Positions 8,201 to 16,931 of a stretch of 64,000 nt of DNA are shown piece after piece (positions within the stretch are counted from its first letter, which is position 1; the number at the start of each line of letters is the position of its first letter). The DNA is from a bacterium (lineage in GTDB: Bacteria > Hydrothermota > UBA3073 > JACQXS01): the NCBI GenBank assembly GCA_030605695.1, contig JAUWHX010000012.1, positions 31,483 to 95,482 of the forward strand, in the 5' to 3' direction. Made by a program: the position numbers and the translations under genes. The notes under the pieces are model-generated. The model saw nothing but the letters and a program-made list of their open reading frames with translations, was not told the origin of the DNA and made no database searches.

Positions 8201-8773
8201 CTAAATTTGGAACAAGAGCTTTGCTAACTCTAATTCAATCCTTTCTCGCTTACTCTGCAAGATAGCAGAAAAGGAACTATCTATCTCGATTCGTCCACGC
8301 CGTAGGATAAATCCTCCCTTTATTTGAGCTTTCTCATCAGATACGGAAAAATTAGCGCCCAGTTCCTTATTCATATCTTCTATGAACTTCTGGTCTATTT
8401 TGCTTTCTTCTTTTCCAAGCACAATTTCTCCGTCCTTAACTCCTGTCTCTTTAAGCAATTTCTTTATCCTGTCAAGATATTCCCCACGCTCTTTTGATAT
8501 GAGTGTGTCCAAAGCTTCGCTGAATATGCGGTCCATAATTTCCCTTTTTGCTTGTAGAAGTTCATTCCTTGTGCTCAGTTTTACCATTCCCACAAGTCGG
8601 CGTCGCTCTCGTAGAAGTGCCTCTTTTACAAGCTCCTCGGTCTCCTTTTCCAATTTGTCAAGTTCTTCATCGGTTTGCTTTTTTATTTGAGTCACCTCTT
8701 GTTCCGCAGATTTAATTATTTCGTCTCGTTCCTTTTGTGCGTCGTCCAGAATCTTTTTTGATATTTTTTCCAT
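8201..8773 (-). CDS. ntpE: V-type ATP synthase subunit E
   Basis: Start taken at MEKISKKILDDAQKE (ATG 8773), 1 nt after the subunit K stop. Charged helical N-terminus and a C-terminal ..IKGGFILRRGRIEIDSSF..LF typical of V/A-type E. Confidence 0.8.
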   Translation of the reverse strand: MEKISKKILDDAQKERDEIIKSAEQEVTQIKKQTDEELDKLEKETEELVKEALLRERRRLVGMVKLSTRNELLQAKREIMDRIFSEALDTLISKERGEYLDRIKKLLKETGVKDGEIVLGKEESKIDQKFIEDMNKELGANFSVSDEKAQIKGGFILRRGRIEIDSSFSAILQSKRERIELELAKLLFQI

Positions 8774-8774
8774 T

Positions 8775-9254
8775 TTACCCAACCTGAATCCCAAGCATAA
8801 TTACCAAAAGGGATATTAGGAATCCAAGAACCGCATAGGTCTCTACCATTACCCCGTATATAAGTATCTTCATTGTTGATTCCGGTTGCTTTGCCGCCAT
8901 CTCAATCCCACCAGCACATACCTTCCCCTGGTGAATTGCGGAAATCAGTCCTGTAACAGCAATCGGAAGTGAGGCAAGAAGCAATTGTAATCCCTGATGT
9001 GGAGTTGGAATAACTCTTGCTCCACCGAGCAAACCAAGTTTTATCATAAGAAGAAGTGCTATAATAAAACCATAAAACCCCTGTGTTCCGGGCAAGAAGA
9101 CGAGAAGAAATATTTTCCCAAACTTCTCCGGGGCTTCAGTTAATAAACCTGCTGCAGTTCTTCCAGTGATGCCTATGGCAATAGAAGAGCCACAGCCTGC
9201 AAGGAAGCAAGCTATTGCTGCTCCTGCAATCCCATATACAAGTCCTATCTCCAT
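8775..9254 (-). CDS. ntpK: V-type ATP synthase proteolipid subunit K (16 kDa, 4 TM)
   Basis: 159 aa. PEKFGKIFLLVFLPGTQGFYGFIIALL, ISAIHQGKVCAGGI and GVMVETYAVLGF align, from memory, with Enterococcus hirae NtpK. Confidence 0.9.
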   Translation of the reverse strand: MEIGLVYGIAGAAIACFLAGCGSSIAIGITGRTAAGLLTEAPEKFGKIFLLVFLPGTQGFYGFIIALLLMIKLGLLGGARVIPTPHQGLQLLLASLPIAVTGLISAIHQGKVCAGGIEMAAKQPESTMKILIYGVMVETYAVLGFLISLLVIMLGIQVG

Positions 9255-9265
9255 TTTTCCTCCTT

Positions 9266-9706
9266 TTACTCTATCTCCTCAATTTTTTCTAATAAGCTAG
9301 GCTTTCTTTTTCTTCCTTTCGCTCCTACAATGTTCACTTTAAGGTTTTCTCCTCCAACAGCTTCAAATCCTATAGTAGTAAAATACTTCGTAGATTTAAG
9401 AGGGTCTGCATAACCCTCTTTTGGCTCGAAAACATATTTTCTTGAGAGCTTTTCGCTCCCCTCCGGATTTTCAACTGTAATTAATACTATAACCCCTTTT
9501 ATATACCAATTCGTGCCATTATATATATTAGCTGTAGCTCTTCCTGAAGAAAAACTTATTTCCTCATTTAATTCTAATTTTGATATTTCCGAATGAGGCA
9601 AATTCCCTTCCTCGTTTTCAGTTTCTACAGTTTTACAACAAATGATAGCCCAGATTATACTTGAAACCACGATCCCGCCAATAAAACCCCAAAAACATTT
9701 CTTCAT
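9266..9706 (-). CDS. hypothetical membrane-anchored protein inserted in the V-ATPase operon
   Basis: 146 aa with one N-terminal TM helix (FWGFIGGIVVSSIIWAIICC). Its ATG overlaps the subunit I stop as ATGA (9706-9703). No family recognised. Confidence 0.5.
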   Translation of the reverse strand: MKKCFWGFIGGIVVSSIIWAIICCKTVETENEEGNLPHSEISKLELNEEISFSSGRATANIYNGTNWYIKGVIVLITVENPEGSEKLSRKYVFEPKEGYADPLKSTKYFTTIGFEAVGGENLKVNIVGAKGRKRKPSLLEKIEEIE

Positions 9707-11685
9707 TCTTGCCCTTCACTCTCCACCAATATATACTTTGCTTTTTTTCTAAAAGGCTCGAACTTTTCTCCACCGCCTTCAAAGAACTTTGTGAAGAATT
9801 CAGCATATTGGAGTCTTAAAGTATGGACATATGCACCGAGAACATTTATTCCAACAGAGAATAAATGTCCACCGATGAAAATAAGTATTCCGAGTACAAT
9901 TCCAATCACAGGAATTTTGCCTACGAGTTCAACAAATATATTTACAGCCATTGCAATCCCTGCTGTTACAAGTCCAAGTGCCATAAGTCTTGAATAAGAA
10001 ATAATATCTGATATAGTGCCCATAAACCCTTGGTAGAAGTTGAATCCTCCCTTTGCGACTCTAAAAAACCAATTTCTTGATGGTCCGCCTGAGCCAAAAA
10101 GGATAAGAACTGTTGAAGCCAATATCACAATGCCACTTATGAGTTTAAAATTCTGTAGTCTGGGCACCTTGAATGAGAATCCGAATATGAGAATGGCTAT
10201 CCAGAAAAAATCCCAGGATAACTTATTTGATATACCTTCAAATACTCTTCCCTGTCGCACTGCTTTTATGAATCCTAAAAAATAACCAAAAGCCACATGC
10301 ACAAACCCAATTCCAAGTGATAGGATAAAGAAAGCAAGTGGTTTCTCCATTGGATTAAATACTTGGACTTTGCGTGCAAAAGTTGAAAAAACTCCTAAAT
10401 TAAATCTTTCTGCCATATCACCACACCATCCTCCTGTTGCGGCTCCTGCAAATATCGTAGCTATTCCACCCGCAAACAAGACCCATAATAATCTTTTATC
10501 GCCCTTAATTTTTCGTGCAAGAAACAAACACATTGCTGCAAATATAAGTCCATAAAGTGCATCCGTGAGGCACAAGGCAAAAAAGAGCACAAAAAAGGGA
10601 GCCAAAAACGGAGAGGGGTCTAATTCCTTCGGATGTGGCGAGGCATAGAGTTCGGTTATGGACTCAAAGATATGTGCCCCTTTCCGATTCTCTAATTCCA
10701 CTGGCATCTCTTCCCCGGGCTCTGGAGTAGCTTTTGATAAACTCGCAGTCTCAAATTGCTCCGTCAACTTTTCCAATGCTTTAAATTGTTTTGCCTTAAT
10801 CCATCCCTCTATACATATCGTGGTTTCAGTGTTTAGAGCGAAATTTTCTACCTTCTTTTGAGAAAGCAGATTTGAATAATAATCAAAAAGTATATGAAGT
10901 TTATTCAACTTTTCCGCAAAGACCTTGGATTCGCGAACAATCCTTGCCTCTCGCGTCTCAAATTCAGTCAATTTTTTCTCAAGTTCCTGAATAATTTCTT
11001 TTGGTTTTCCTTTAAAGTCTCCAAAGTTTACGGCTTCAAACCCTATTTCTGTCAAGAATTTCTTAATATCTTTCTCGTCCTCTTCAAGATAAGAAACCAG
11101 AATATAGGATTTCCTTGCATCCTCACGAACAATTTCAATATCTAATCTTAATTCTCCAGCTTTCTCTTTCCAGTCTGTCGGCGGATTGGCTAATACCCCA
11201 GCACTTGAAATTGCTGACCTCAAGGAACCGATTGCCTCAAGCTCGGTATCCCATTCCTGCCAGGGGAGCAAGGTTTCTCTTTGCAAGCTGACTGCAGTGT
11301 ATTCTCTATTTATCTCTGTAAGCTCATCTTCAAGCTCCTTTACCTTGCTGGCAATATCTAATAATGGCTCTCTGGAAGAAATAACCTCAGTATAAATGGC
11401 TTCGGAGACCACTGTCTTTTGTGGCAAAAAGGCATCTATAAATCCTGCCCCACCATTAAATTTTCTCAAGTAGTCTATTGTCCTTCCAAGCAAAGTGATG
11501 TTATTCTCAATCTCTTTATCTGTTATTTCTTCTTGTGATAGGAGTTCAGGGTAATCTTTAGTTAATTCACTCTCTCGGACATCTTTTATGTGCAAAATTG
11601 CGTTGTCTTGCAATACTTCAAGGAGATTTGCTTTCTCGTCCTGATGCACAGCAATCATCACTTTCTGCATTCTTGCAATACCCAT
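9703..11685 (-). CDS. ntpI: V-type ATP synthase subunit I (a-subunit)
   Basis: Start taken at MGIARMQKVMIAV (ATG 11685); the track ORF extends 14 codons into repeat DNA. Cytoplasmic coiled-coil N-half, multi-TM C-half with ISYSRLMALGLV (stator arginine region). Confidence 0.85.
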   Translation of the reverse strand: MGIARMQKVMIAVHQDEKANLLEVLQDNAILHIKDVRESELTKDYPELLSQEEITDKEIENNITLLGRTIDYLRKFNGGAGFIDAFLPQKTVVSEAIYTEVISSREPLLDIASKVKELEDELTEINREYTAVSLQRETLLPWQEWDTELEAIGSLRSAISSAGVLANPPTDWKEKAGELRLDIEIVREDARKSYILVSYLEEDEKDIKKFLTEIGFEAVNFGDFKGKPKEIIQELEKKLTEFETREARIVRESKVFAEKLNKLHILFDYYSNLLSQKKVENFALNTETTICIEGWIKAKQFKALEKLTEQFETASLSKATPEPGEEMPVELENRKGAHIFESITELYASPHPKELDPSPFLAPFFVLFFALCLTDALYGLIFAAMCLFLARKIKGDKRLLWVLFAGGIATIFAGAATGGWCGDMAERFNLGVFSTFARKVQVFNPMEKPLAFFILSLGIGFVHVAFGYFLGFIKAVRQGRVFEGISNKLSWDFFWIAILIFGFSFKVPRLQNFKLISGIVILASTVLILFGSGGPSRNWFFRVAKGGFNFYQGFMGTISDIISYSRLMALGLVTAGIAMAVNIFVELVGKIPVIGIVLGILIFIGGHLFSVGINVLGAYVHTLRLQYAEFFTKFFEGGGEKFEPFRKKAKYILVESEGQE

Positions 11686-11689
11686 AATT

Positions 11690-11827
11690 TTATAACACAA
11701 ACAACACAAACGGGACGAATACCACAAATTTATTTTTTCTATTCGTGTAATTCGTGTTCATAGGAACTTCTTCAACAGATGACTTCATTTCACCTCGGCG
11801 TCTAAACCCTAATCCCTAAACCCTTTA
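11690..11827. repeat. tandem word repeats including a telomere-like C-strand word
   Basis: ACACAAACAACACAAACGGGACGAATACCACAAATT, ATTCGTGTAATTCGTGTTC, CTAAACCCTAATCCCTAAACCC. Confidence 0.75.
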
Positions 11828-12142
11828 TTAGAGATTCAGAGCTTTTTCAAGAACAAGCGAGACCGCTTCTTTCTTTTTCGTTTCTGCTTGCGTGGTCAAG
11901 GATTCCTTTTCTTTGTGTGCCTCTTTTTTAAGAGCAGATATTTCCTCAAGGGCTTCTTGCTCGGCGTCTTCGGCTACTTTCTCCATAAGAAATTCTCGCC
12001 CTTTCAATGCCTCTTTCAACTTACTTTCTCGCTCAAGCTCTGCTTCTTTTATCTTTTTGCTTTTCTCTTCTCGTGCTTGTTGGATGAGTTCAGATGCCTT
12101 TTTCTCGGTTTCCTTTATGCTTTTTATTAACCCTGTTTCCAT
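11828..12142 (-). CDS. V-type ATPase peripheral-stalk-like small coiled-coil subunit (G/H type, tentative)
   Basis: 104 aa, entirely charged helix (KKASELIQQAREEKSKKIKEAELE...). It is the first gene of the operon upstream of subunit I, the usual position of the small stalk subunit. Confidence 0.5.
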   Translation of the reverse strand: METGLIKSIKETEKKASELIQQAREEKSKKIKEAELERESKLKEALKGREFLMEKVAEDAEQEALEEISALKKEAHKEKESLTTQAETKKKEAVSLVLEKALNL

Positions 12143-12210
12143 CTTTAAAATAGACTAAAGACATAAGACTATAGACAAAAAGTCTCTTGTCTCTGGTCTT
12201 AAGTCTATAG
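12143..12210. repeat. word repeats with inverted symmetry
   Basis: TAGACTAAAGACATAAGACTATAGAC followed by AGTCTCTTGTCTCTGGTCTTAAGTCTATAG. Confidence 0.7.
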
Positions 12211-12747
12211 CCCTAACTCCTCGTGAATTTTCTGCATCCCCTTTAGAGCTAAATCAATAAAATCTTCAAGCGAAAGCCCAAGTCGCTCACAACTTTTTAT
12301 TTGCTCGCGATTTGCCCCTGCCGCAAATCTGTTTTCCTTAAATCTACGGAGTATAAAATCCTTATCCAGATACTCAAGTTTCTTCTCCGGATGCATAAGG
12401 CAGGATGCTACTATTAGCCCTGTAAGTGGGTCAAGTGCATAGAGAGCTATGTCAAGCTTTGATTTTGGAGGCACATGCCCCGGATGTGATTTAATCGCAT
12501 ATAAAATCTCCTCACCTACTTTTCCTTCGAGCATCTCTACAGTCCTTATCCCATGTCTTGGAAAATCGTCTTTTGTCTCCTCGTAATCCAAATCATGCAG
12601 TAGCCCCGTAAGCCCCCAGGTTTCTGTATCTTCTTTAAAATAATTGGCAAGCTCTTTCATCCCTGCTTCTGCTGCAAGACAATGTTTTACAAGGTTTTTT
12701 GTCTTTATTTTGGAATTAACAAGATTTAGTGCCTCTGTTCGTTCCAT
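12205..12747 (-). CDS. HD-domain hydrolase (HDIG/COG2316-like)
   Basis: 180 aa. LVKHCLAAEAGMKELA...GLLHDLDYEE...KSHPGH. Confidence 0.75.
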   Translation of the reverse strand: MERTEALNLVNSKIKTKNLVKHCLAAEAGMKELANYFKEDTETWGLTGLLHDLDYEETKDDFPRHGIRTVEMLEGKVGEEILYAIKSHPGHVPPKSKLDIALYALDPLTGLIVASCLMHPEKKLEYLDKDFILRRFKENRFAAGANREQIKSCERLGLSLEDFIDLALKGMQKIHEELGL

Positions 12748-12755
12748 TCTGTGAA

Positions 12756-12783
12756 ATTATAATCTGCTTTCTCGGTGTGTCAA
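12756..12783 (-). promoter_or_regulatory. strong sigma70-like promoter of the HD gene (near-leaderless)
   Basis: Reverse strand: TTGACA (rc 12778-12783), 16 nt, TATAAT (rc 12756-12761). Only 8 nt separate the -10 from the ATG at 12747. Confidence 0.5.
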
Positions 12784-12849
12784 GAAAAAGATTTTATAAA
12801 GATTTTGAACCACAAATTACACGAATTTTACGAATTAGATTTTAAGTAG

Positions 12850-12877
12850 TTGACAAGAAAATAAAACTATCTATAAT
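12850..12877 (+). promoter_or_regulatory. sigma70-like promoter
   Basis: TTGACA (12850-12855), 16 nt, TATAAT (12872-12877), upstream of the 12928 gene. Confidence 0.5.
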
Positions 12878-12927
12878 CTCACTGATACATAGGATTTGAT
12901 AAATCAAATCCTTGCAAAGTAATAAAT

Positions 12928-13161
12928 ATGGAAGAACGGAGGCGAAGAATTATAGCCACTTTGCTTTCAACTGTTATAGTAGGTGCTGGACAATTGTATA
13001 GAAAGCGATATGCGGCTGGGATTGTTTTTATGCTTGTTTTTTTCTCCTCTATTTTCTTCTTTAAAATAGTATGGGCGGGCTTTAATTACGCATTCTTTGC
13101 TGTCCTCTTTACATGGATAGTTCTCTGGATAGTCAATATCATAGATGCATACAAAGGATAA
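12928..13161 (+). CDS. small membrane protein (2 TM)
   Basis: 77 aa. RRRIIATLLSTVIVGAGQLYRKRY then two hydrophobic stretches. Overlaps the next gene by 17 nt. Confidence 0.4.
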   Translation: MEERRRRIIATLLSTVIVGAGQLYRKRYAAGIVFMLVFFSSIFFFKIVWAGFNYAFFAVLFTWIVLWIVNIIDAYKG

Positions 13162-14068
13162 AAAATCTTCAGACAAAGTAGATTATGGGTTAAAGTTTTA
13201 TAGTGGAGTTTTAGGTCTTGAAGAACTGCACTGGGGATACTTTCCAGAAAAACATTTTCCAGGCGATGAACTTACTCTTAGCAACTTCAAAAAGGCACAA
13301 CAAGACTACACTTTGCACTTATTATCCTATATCCCGGAGTCAGTCCACTCAATTTTAGATGTAGGTTGCGGTCTGGGGAAAATGGCAAAAACGCTGACGG
13401 ATAGGGGATATAAAGTAACTTGCATCTCCAATGACGAATATCAGGAAACACTTATCAAGCAGAAATATCCGTCTTTACAATTTGTTAGAACGAAATTTGA
13501 GGACTTTTCTGCATCAACCGCGGATGTCGCAGATACCGCAGATAAATCATTTCCACAGGACTTTTCTATATTTCCACGAGATTCTGTGAACGAACATTTT
13601 GACCTCTTGCTGATGAGCGAGAGTGTGCAGTATTTATCTTTAGACTCTGCATTAAAAAATGCCAAGAGATTATTAAATCCTTCAGGGTATCTTTTAATAT
13701 CTGATTACTTTCGTAAATCTGATACCAAATATTATAGAACTTGCAAAGTATTAAGCGATTTTATGAAAGCTTCAGAAGAGAATTCGTTCTCCCTCTGCAA
13801 AGAAGAAGACATTACAGAATTCGTGCTTCCCACTTTATATTTTGCTAATCATTGTTATAGCAAATATGCACTTCCAAGCATTAATATCCTCAGGGATTAC
13901 GCCGATTCTCAACTCCCAAGAGCAGTTATTTCGCTGGCAAAGTGCTTGTTTAAAAAATGGTTAAATAAGTTGACCTATTATATCGGGGAACATACTTCTA
14001 AAAAGCTCAACAGTTCTCTTTTTAGAGAAAAAGTCTCTTATCTTATACAATTGTGGCAGATGGAATAA
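13145..14068 (+). CDS. class I SAM-dependent methyltransferase
   Basis: Motif I ILDVGCGLGKMAKTL, acidic loop KVTCISNDE, post-II DLLLMSESVQY. Confidence 0.7.
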   Translation: MHTKDKKSSDKVDYGLKFYSGVLGLEELHWGYFPEKHFPGDELTLSNFKKAQQDYTLHLLSYIPESVHSILDVGCGLGKMAKTLTDRGYKVTCISNDEYQETLIKQKYPSLQFVRTKFEDFSASTADVADTADKSFPQDFSIFPRDSVNEHFDLLLMSESVQYLSLDSALKNAKRLLNPSGYLLISDYFRKSDTKYYRTCKVLSDFMKASEENSFSLCKEEDITEFVLPTLYFANHCYSKYALPSINILRDYADSQLPRAVISLAKCLFKKWLNKLTYYIGEHTSKKLNSSLFREKVSYLIQLWQME

Positions 14069-14089
14069 GAAAGAAAACGGACAGAATCT

Positions 14090-14917
14090 CTACTTGTCAA
14101 TCCCTGCACTAATAGTTATAGCCTTTTGTGGACAGGCGGATTTGCACATTAAACATTTTATGCAATCGGTTGAGTTTGTGGCTGATTCATAAATCTTTAT
14201 GTCCATCGGGCATACCTTGTAGCAAGTTCCACATTTATTACATTTCTCATGGTCAACCTTTAATCGGAAGAAGGTAACTTTATTTAAAAGTCCTAATATC
14301 GCTCCCAAAGGACATAAGAGGCGACAAAAAGGTCGCTTGATGAGTATGGCGAAAGTTACTACAAGAATGAGTATAGCATATTTCAGGTAGAAGAGGAAAC
14401 CGACCATACTTCTCAAATGGGCATTGAGGGCAAGTTGTGGGACTGCGGCTCCAATGGTGCCGACAGGGCAGAATTTACAGAACCAGGGCTCGCTGGTAAT
14501 ATATGCTACCGCTATTACAACGACAAGAACAACATATTTAAAATAACCCACCTTTCTTGGAAGCTTTATCTTAAAAGTGCGTAGCTTGTAAAGTAATTCC
14601 TGGAAGAAGCCAAAAGGGCACAAGAATCCGCATATAAATCTACCCGATACTACACCAATAAGTCCTATAAACCCAAGTATGTAAAATGGGAATTGCCGTA
14701 TTGTAATGAAATGTTGAAGAGAACCTATAGGACAGGAAAATCTTGCGAGTGGACAGGCGTAGCAGTTAAGCCCTGGGAAACAGAATTTCTTAAGCGGTCC
14801 TTGATAGATACCTCTGTGGAAATGATTATTAGCAGCGAAAAAGGCGGCAACCTGGATAATATATCTTGTTATTCGATGTCTATACATGCGAGAATAAGAT
14901 GCACGGAGGAATCCCAC
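14090..14917 (-). CDS. membrane-bound 4Fe-4S ferredoxin-type protein (NapH/MauN-like)
   Basis: 275 aa, several TM helices. CYACPLARFSCPIGSLQ, FCKFCPVGT, and two ferredoxin motifs CNKCGTCYKVCP and CIKCLMCKSACP. Confidence 0.75.
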   Translation of the reverse strand: MGFLRASYSRMYRHRITRYIIQVAAFFAANNHFHRGIYQGPLKKFCFPGLNCYACPLARFSCPIGSLQHFITIRQFPFYILGFIGLIGVVSGRFICGFLCPFGFFQELLYKLRTFKIKLPRKVGYFKYVVLVVVIAVAYITSEPWFCKFCPVGTIGAAVPQLALNAHLRSMVGFLFYLKYAILILVVTFAILIKRPFCRLLCPLGAILGLLNKVTFFRLKVDHEKCNKCGTCYKVCPMDIKIYESATNSTDCIKCLMCKSACPQKAITISAGIDK

Positions 14918-15308
14918 CTCCGGAGACCCGAATCACAGAACTACCTAAATGAGCTGAAATTATGTCTCCACTTGGGAAAGAGAGGCACCCCCTCTTATTC
15001 GAGCCCTATTCACGAAAGACAGAGAAGAGTAGCGTTTCTCTCTACTTCTACAAGCTCCTGGAACTTAATCCCATACACGAGCATAGTTGTGGCAATTATA
15101 ATCCCGATGATATAAAACAGCTTTCTTTTGAACATAGGTTATTCAAGGATAAATAGAGATATTTTTTTGTCAAGCGTTTTCCGAGTTATCTATAAAATAT
15201 TATGTCTTTTTAAGTTTTCCGTAAAAGTGTGAAGCAAACAGGTCATCAGCCAATTTTTTAAAGAGAAAACTGGACAAGATTCATTTTCGGAAGTATTATA
15301 TAATTAAG

Positions 15309-16574
15309 ATGAAAGTTTTGGAGCACGGGGGTGGAAAAACATTCGCCTCAGCTTTGTTCGTATTTGCAGGTATCCTGCTATCTGTTGGAAGAGTGATGGC
15401 TCAGCCGGATACTTTGTGGACAAGAAGATATGATAGTGGGTATAGTGACTATGCCTATGGTGTAGCGGTGGATAAGGAAGGGAATATTATTGTTACAGGC
15501 GGCTTTAACAATGGTTCAAGCTATAATTGCTTGACAATAAAATACAGCCCCTCAGGAGATACTATCTGGACCCGACGCTATGATGGTGGTCGTGATGATA
15601 AAGCTTGGAATATAGCAGTTGATGATTCGGGAAATATTGTTGTTACGGGTAAGTCTGATAATGTTTCAATGTTTAGCTACTTTACGATAAAATATAACTC
15701 ATCAGGAGATACTCTGTGGACCAGACGTTACGATGGTGGTAGTGCTACCGATGTAGTGGTTGACGATTCAGGGAATATCATTGTTATGGGTACTTTTTAC
15801 AATGCGGCGCCGTTTGGAGGTGACTATCATATGATAAAATATAGCCCCTCAGGAGATACAATTTGGACCGGAAGTTATCTTAGTGAAGATAGTGACTTTC
15901 CTCGTGCCGGAGCATTGGATGATTCGGGCAATGTTATTATGGTGGGCTGGATGAATTATGATTGTGGGGGTCCATACGACTACTGGATTATGAAGTATAG
16001 TCCCTCATTGGAGGATACTCTCTGGCTTAGATGCTACGAAGAAGGTCATACTCCTCGGGGTGTAGTGGTAGATGATTCCCAGAATATCATTGTTACGGGA
16101 GGAGGTGACCAATGGCCTTTAACGATAAAGTACACCCCTTCAGGTGATATTATCTGGAGTATGGAAAGTGGTGGTTGTGCTATAGCTATGGATGATTCAG
16201 GAAGTATTATTCTTGCAGGTGCGATTGACAACGGTTCGGATTGCGACTGTATTACAATAAAATATGGTTATTCCTCTGGAATTGAAGAGGATGAAAATAC
16301 AAAACACAAAATACAAAGTGCAAAATTAGAAATTCAACCAAATCCGTTTGTCAAGTTCACAACTATCAAGTATCAGATTCCAGTTAAGAGCAAAGTGTCC
16401 TTAAAGATTTATGATGTAGCAGGTAGATGTGCAAAGACGCTGATAGGCGAGGAGAAGAATGTCGGGCATTACAAAGTCAAGTGGGACGGAGAAGGACTCC
16501 CTACAGGCATCTATTTTGCAAAATTCAGCATAGGTGATTACAAATCTACCAAGAAACTCATTTTAATCAGGTAA
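15309..16574 (+). CDS. secreted beta-propeller (SBBP-type) repeat protein with T9SS C-terminal sorting domain
   Basis: Signal peptide. About 7 repeats of the form DxxGNIIVTG...Y..IKYsPSGDTiWTRRYDgG. C-terminus PNPFVKFTTIKYQIP..VSLKIYDVAGR...GIYFAKF...KKLILIR. Confidence 0.75.
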   Translation: MKVLEHGGGKTFASALFVFAGILLSVGRVMAQPDTLWTRRYDSGYSDYAYGVAVDKEGNIIVTGGFNNGSSYNCLTIKYSPSGDTIWTRRYDGGRDDKAWNIAVDDSGNIVVTGKSDNVSMFSYFTIKYNSSGDTLWTRRYDGGSATDVVVDDSGNIIVMGTFYNAAPFGGDYHMIKYSPSGDTIWTGSYLSEDSDFPRAGALDDSGNVIMVGWMNYDCGGPYDYWIMKYSPSLEDTLWLRCYEEGHTPRGVVVDDSQNIIVTGGGDQWPLTIKYTPSGDIIWSMESGGCAIAMDDSGSIILAGAIDNGSDCDCITIKYGYSSGIEEDENTKHKIQSAKLEIQPNPFVKFTTIKYQIPVKSKVSLKIYDVAGRCAKTLIGEEKNVGHYKVKWDGEGLPTGIYFAKFSIGDYKSTKKLILIR

Positions 16575-16830
16575 AACCTCCTTCCATTTACATCCATAGC
16601 ATTAGCCACTACGTCAGTCAACATAATCCCCTCTCAACATAATCCCCTCAAAACGAGCCTGCGACAAAAAAGAGGCACCCCACTCCAACACCGAGACCCC
16701 TCTACAATATACTATAACGGCCATTTTAAGTCTATTTGGCACAAAAGAAGAAGGAAACCCATCTTTTCATCGTAAATCTGAAATAAATGAGCAAAGAATA
16801 ATAAATTTTAATTTTTTTGTAAAAAAAGAC

Positions 16831-16859
16831 TTGACAAGGATGTAGAGATACGGTATTCT
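16831..16859 (+). promoter_or_regulatory. sigma70-like promoter of the serine operon
   Basis: TTGACA (16831-16836), 17 nt, TATTCT (16854-16859), about 70 nt upstream of ATG 16932. Confidence 0.4.
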
Positions 16860-16931
16860 GTAAATGCAAGCAGGGTCTTTGATTAGAGACGAGACTCTGG
16901 TTCATTGATATTTCTGCGAATAGGAGGGATT

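Noticed and set aside
14693-15115. 140-aa and 64-aa plus-strand ORFs at 14693-15156
   Set aside because: They are antisense to the start of the NapH-like gene and its upstream region, with no RBS and a low-complexity translation.
16860-16931. ~70-nt leader of the serine operon as a riboswitch
   Set aside because: It has only a short AGAG-ACGAGA-CTCT hairpin. It is too short, and I recognise no known motif.
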